Assembly (NCBI RefSeq): GCF_964355755.1
Contig: NC_092672.1
Coordinates: 10,912,001-10,976,000, forward strand
Length of the DNA: 64,000 nucleotides
Direction of reading: 5' to 3'
Source of the DNA: Antedon mediterranea
Lineage: Eukaryota; Animalia; Echinodermata
In this document: in pieces, positions 61,901 through 64,000 of the stretch
How the letters are laid out: every line of letters begins with the position of its first letter
Position numbering within the stretch: position 1 is the stretch's first letter
Translations under genes and position numbers: made by a program
Notes under the pieces: generated by a model
Told to the model about the DNA's origin: nothing
The model's input: the letters and a program-made list of their open reading frames with translations, nothing else
Databases searched by the model: none

Positions 61901-63380
61901 GCACAGTAAAGTGTCCCCTTTATTAGGGATGTCTCAAAGGAGTGGTTCCATTTAGTCAAATTTATAAATTCTCATAAAAAAGTAATATTTAAATTTACTA
62001 TTCACTAGACAGCTTTAACATGTATCCTTTTGAAATCAGAGTGACAGATTAAATGATTACTTATGACTAATAACAAACAAATTTAAAAACTTGCCCCTAC
62101 TATCAAAATTCTATTCTTAAATCAATCCTTGGGGTTATCATTGGTGAATATCCATAAGAATCTAATCAATTGCCAGAATGAAACCCATCCAAGGCCTGTC
62201 AATGATAAGCAAATTGGGTAGATTTCATTTAACCCATGGCAACTATACATCATTAATCAACTGTCAAGAATAGTTACAGTACATCACCTTTACATACCCA
62301 GACGTTACCAAGTTCATAGGTTATTTTCTCTGCTGTATCATAATATCAAGTTGTGACTGTAAGTCCATTGAAACGTTACTGATATATTTGCCTGTTTTTG
62401 TTCTGCTATTCACATGGCCCATGGAATGTTGCAGTAAGGTTATACATGGCTGTCATTAGTATTGGCCCATGTATTCAAGCTATTAGTTTGATTGCCCTCG
62501 TTTGATACTGTACATTTGAGTCATGTAGTCTGATTCAAATAATAAAAATATAATATGCAACATTTAAAATATAATAATATATTTTGAACAATTTGGAGGT
62601 TTCTGCTAATTTGTGAAAATGATGACATTATAAAATTAAATCTCACATCAAACCTTAATGATGATAAATAGTTACTGACATATACAGCTGTATTGTAGTA
62701 CAATAAGTTAGCATGAGTAGAAATGCACCTGAAAATACTCACTGCATGCCAAAGCAGGCAGGCAGGCTAATTCTTGATACCATTAGTCTGGGGTCAAAGG
62801 GATTAACCAGCTTAGCTAATCCCATCACTAAATATCTACAGATGAAGAGAGAATCTCTGGTATTTTGGCCAGGTATCAAATTAAAGCATTAAAATGATAT
62901 GATATGGTAACATGAGGCATCACTAATTTACAATACTTTATAGTTATTCAACTTTCGATAAATCAATTTAAGTTACAATTTTTTACGTTGTTGATATCTA
63001 TTTTTAATAATTGATAATTATACCAGTGTTTTCTTTCTTGTAAAAATTGGTATTTAATATTTTTTTCTAAAATATACAGGATGTGTGACAATACTGCGAT
63101 TTATTACTTGCAAAACTTCAATTAATTAAACAAATTTTTTTTTATAGTTCCATCATCAGTGCAAGATTCAAACATAGCAAATTCTTACTATGATGCGGTC
63201 TCCTTAGATTGGAAAACACCGCTTTATCCAAATGGTGAGATCCTCGACTACGAGATCCGTTATTACATCCAGTACATGCGACATTCCACTGAAATGTTTC
63301 GTTTGAAGGCGCCCTCTGTCGGCGAACATCAAAACGTTATTGTCGGGGATTTGGCTTCAGGCACGGACTATATCTTTCAG
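28908..63380 (+). CDS. Eph: Eph receptor tyrosine kinase, 5' part (signal peptide, ligand-binding domain, sushi/EGF Cys-rich region, FN3 repeats); continues beyond the window
   Basis: Exons 28908-28986, 29490-29575, 40685-41336, 59625-59780, 60009-60314 and 63148-63380 with phases 1,0,1,1,1,0. Motifs: YRTFQVC, QNNWLRT, SCRETFDFYY, GFYLALQDQGACMALL, CTCNVGYFRA, PPSEP, GGRSDVSY, PNGEILDYEIRY. Confidence 0.95.
29656..30912. mobile_element. 1.26-kb non-autonomous DNA transposon with TTA target duplication (Zator-like; PIF/Harbinger also possible)
   Basis: TTA|GGCCAAATAAAAAAATATACTTGTTAAGCGTCAC...GTGACGCTTAACAAGTATGTTTTTTTATTTGGCC|TTA: ~34-bp inverted repeats. Confidence 0.85.
36630..36645. mobile_element. 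P-element-like footprint with 7-bp target duplication
   Basis: CTTATAT|CATGGAGGTATCCATG|CTTATAT. Confidence 0.7.
45330..45530. repeat. Old tandem duplication, period ~144 bp
   Basis: TATTAAAGCACGTTCATTTCACTGAAGA at ~45352 and ~45496, with similar flanks. Confidence 0.7.
47344..47365. mobile_element. P-element-like footprint with 7-bp target duplication
   Basis: GTATAAT|CATGGAGAATTATTTCTCCATG|GTATAAT. Confidence 0.7.
55021..55159. repeat. Tandem duplication (~60-bp unit) with an internal slippage duplication
   Basis: ATGAATGAATCTGAAACTAAGAATGTTATGTCAATGT...CATAGGTATATATCTGTTTT occurs twice; the second unit carries an extra GAATGAATCTGAAACT. Confidence 0.85.
61805..61953. mobile_element. Degenerate pogo/Tc1-like MITE relic
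   Basis: The ends ATGGTGAAACTCCTATTAAGGG and TGTCCCCTTTATTAGGG...AAGGAGTGGTTCCAT are imperfectly inverted. Confidence 0.35.
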
Positions 63381-64000
63381 GTAAGGAGTTTGATTCTGAT
63401 TGATGAGATTTTGGACAGTGAACATGAAAATTAAGATGATGCACTTAAAATGCCAAGCCCTTCCTAATCCAGCCTGCTTAGTAATAAGATTATAGCTGGC
63501 TAAGTTTAACCTAAAGGCTACCCAGGTCTGACATGAGTAAATGATTACAATAGTGTTTACATCAACTCAAACATCTAACATAACGCATCTGTTGGCAATA
63601 AAAACTCGACCAAGTATGCTTAAACTGAATTTTTTTAAATTAGTTTGCAAATGCAACTCACAGATTTTAAATCACATATTGTTTTTTTATCTGTGCTTAT
63701 TGAATGAAATAGAGCTGTATCATAGCAACAGTAATCTACTAATTAGTGTTTTTGACCCTGAAAAGTCCTCTTAAATTCTGAATCAAAGAAAACTCTACAT
63801 TGTGCTTTTGAAGATGAGAGACAGATTCTTAAATAGATAAGAGAGCACTCAATAAAAGCTCAATAAGTTTAGAATCCACTTAAAGGTAAATCTACGTATG
63901 GTGCGTACAGCTTTCATGCCCATACACCGTTCAAGTAGATCTAACGATGAGAAATCTAGAATGGAAATTTGAAAAAGTGTTTGTCTATGCTGATAACAAA

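Noticed and set aside
1-64000. Most short ORFs in the supplied track; CRISPR arrays, operons or phage systems
   Set aside because: The sequence is spliced eukaryotic DNA. The ORFs are chance frames or exon read-throughs, and no repeat-spacer array is present.

Overview
AT-rich, intron-rich animal genomic DNA. It is probably an invertebrate deuterostome such as an echinoderm (inferred from Deu-domain SINEs and the gene set), and it is not prokaryotic. Four + strand spliced genes can be assembled with consistent intron phases: (1) the last 9 exons of a P5B-type ATPase (ATP13A3-like); (2) a complete 14-exon nucleolin with only three RRMs, hosting intronic snoRNAs; (3) a 7-exon, ~234-aa gene essentially invisible in the ORF track, with a PAC1/PAC2-like pattern and a C-terminal HbYX-type tail (MYS); (4) the first 6 coding exons of an Eph receptor, preceded by a frameshifted duplicate of its first exon. 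The best leads are: an array of stem-loops with different stems but shared CGU-ending loops next to a candidate poison exon in nucleolin intron 1; the two guides of vertebrate U15 split between C/D snoRNAs in adjacent nucleolin introns; the hidden HbYX gene; and 16-39 bp CATG...CATG palindromes with perfect 7-bp target duplications that look like P-element excision footprints. Many MITEs and SINEs are also present. All calls were made by eye and no database search was run.
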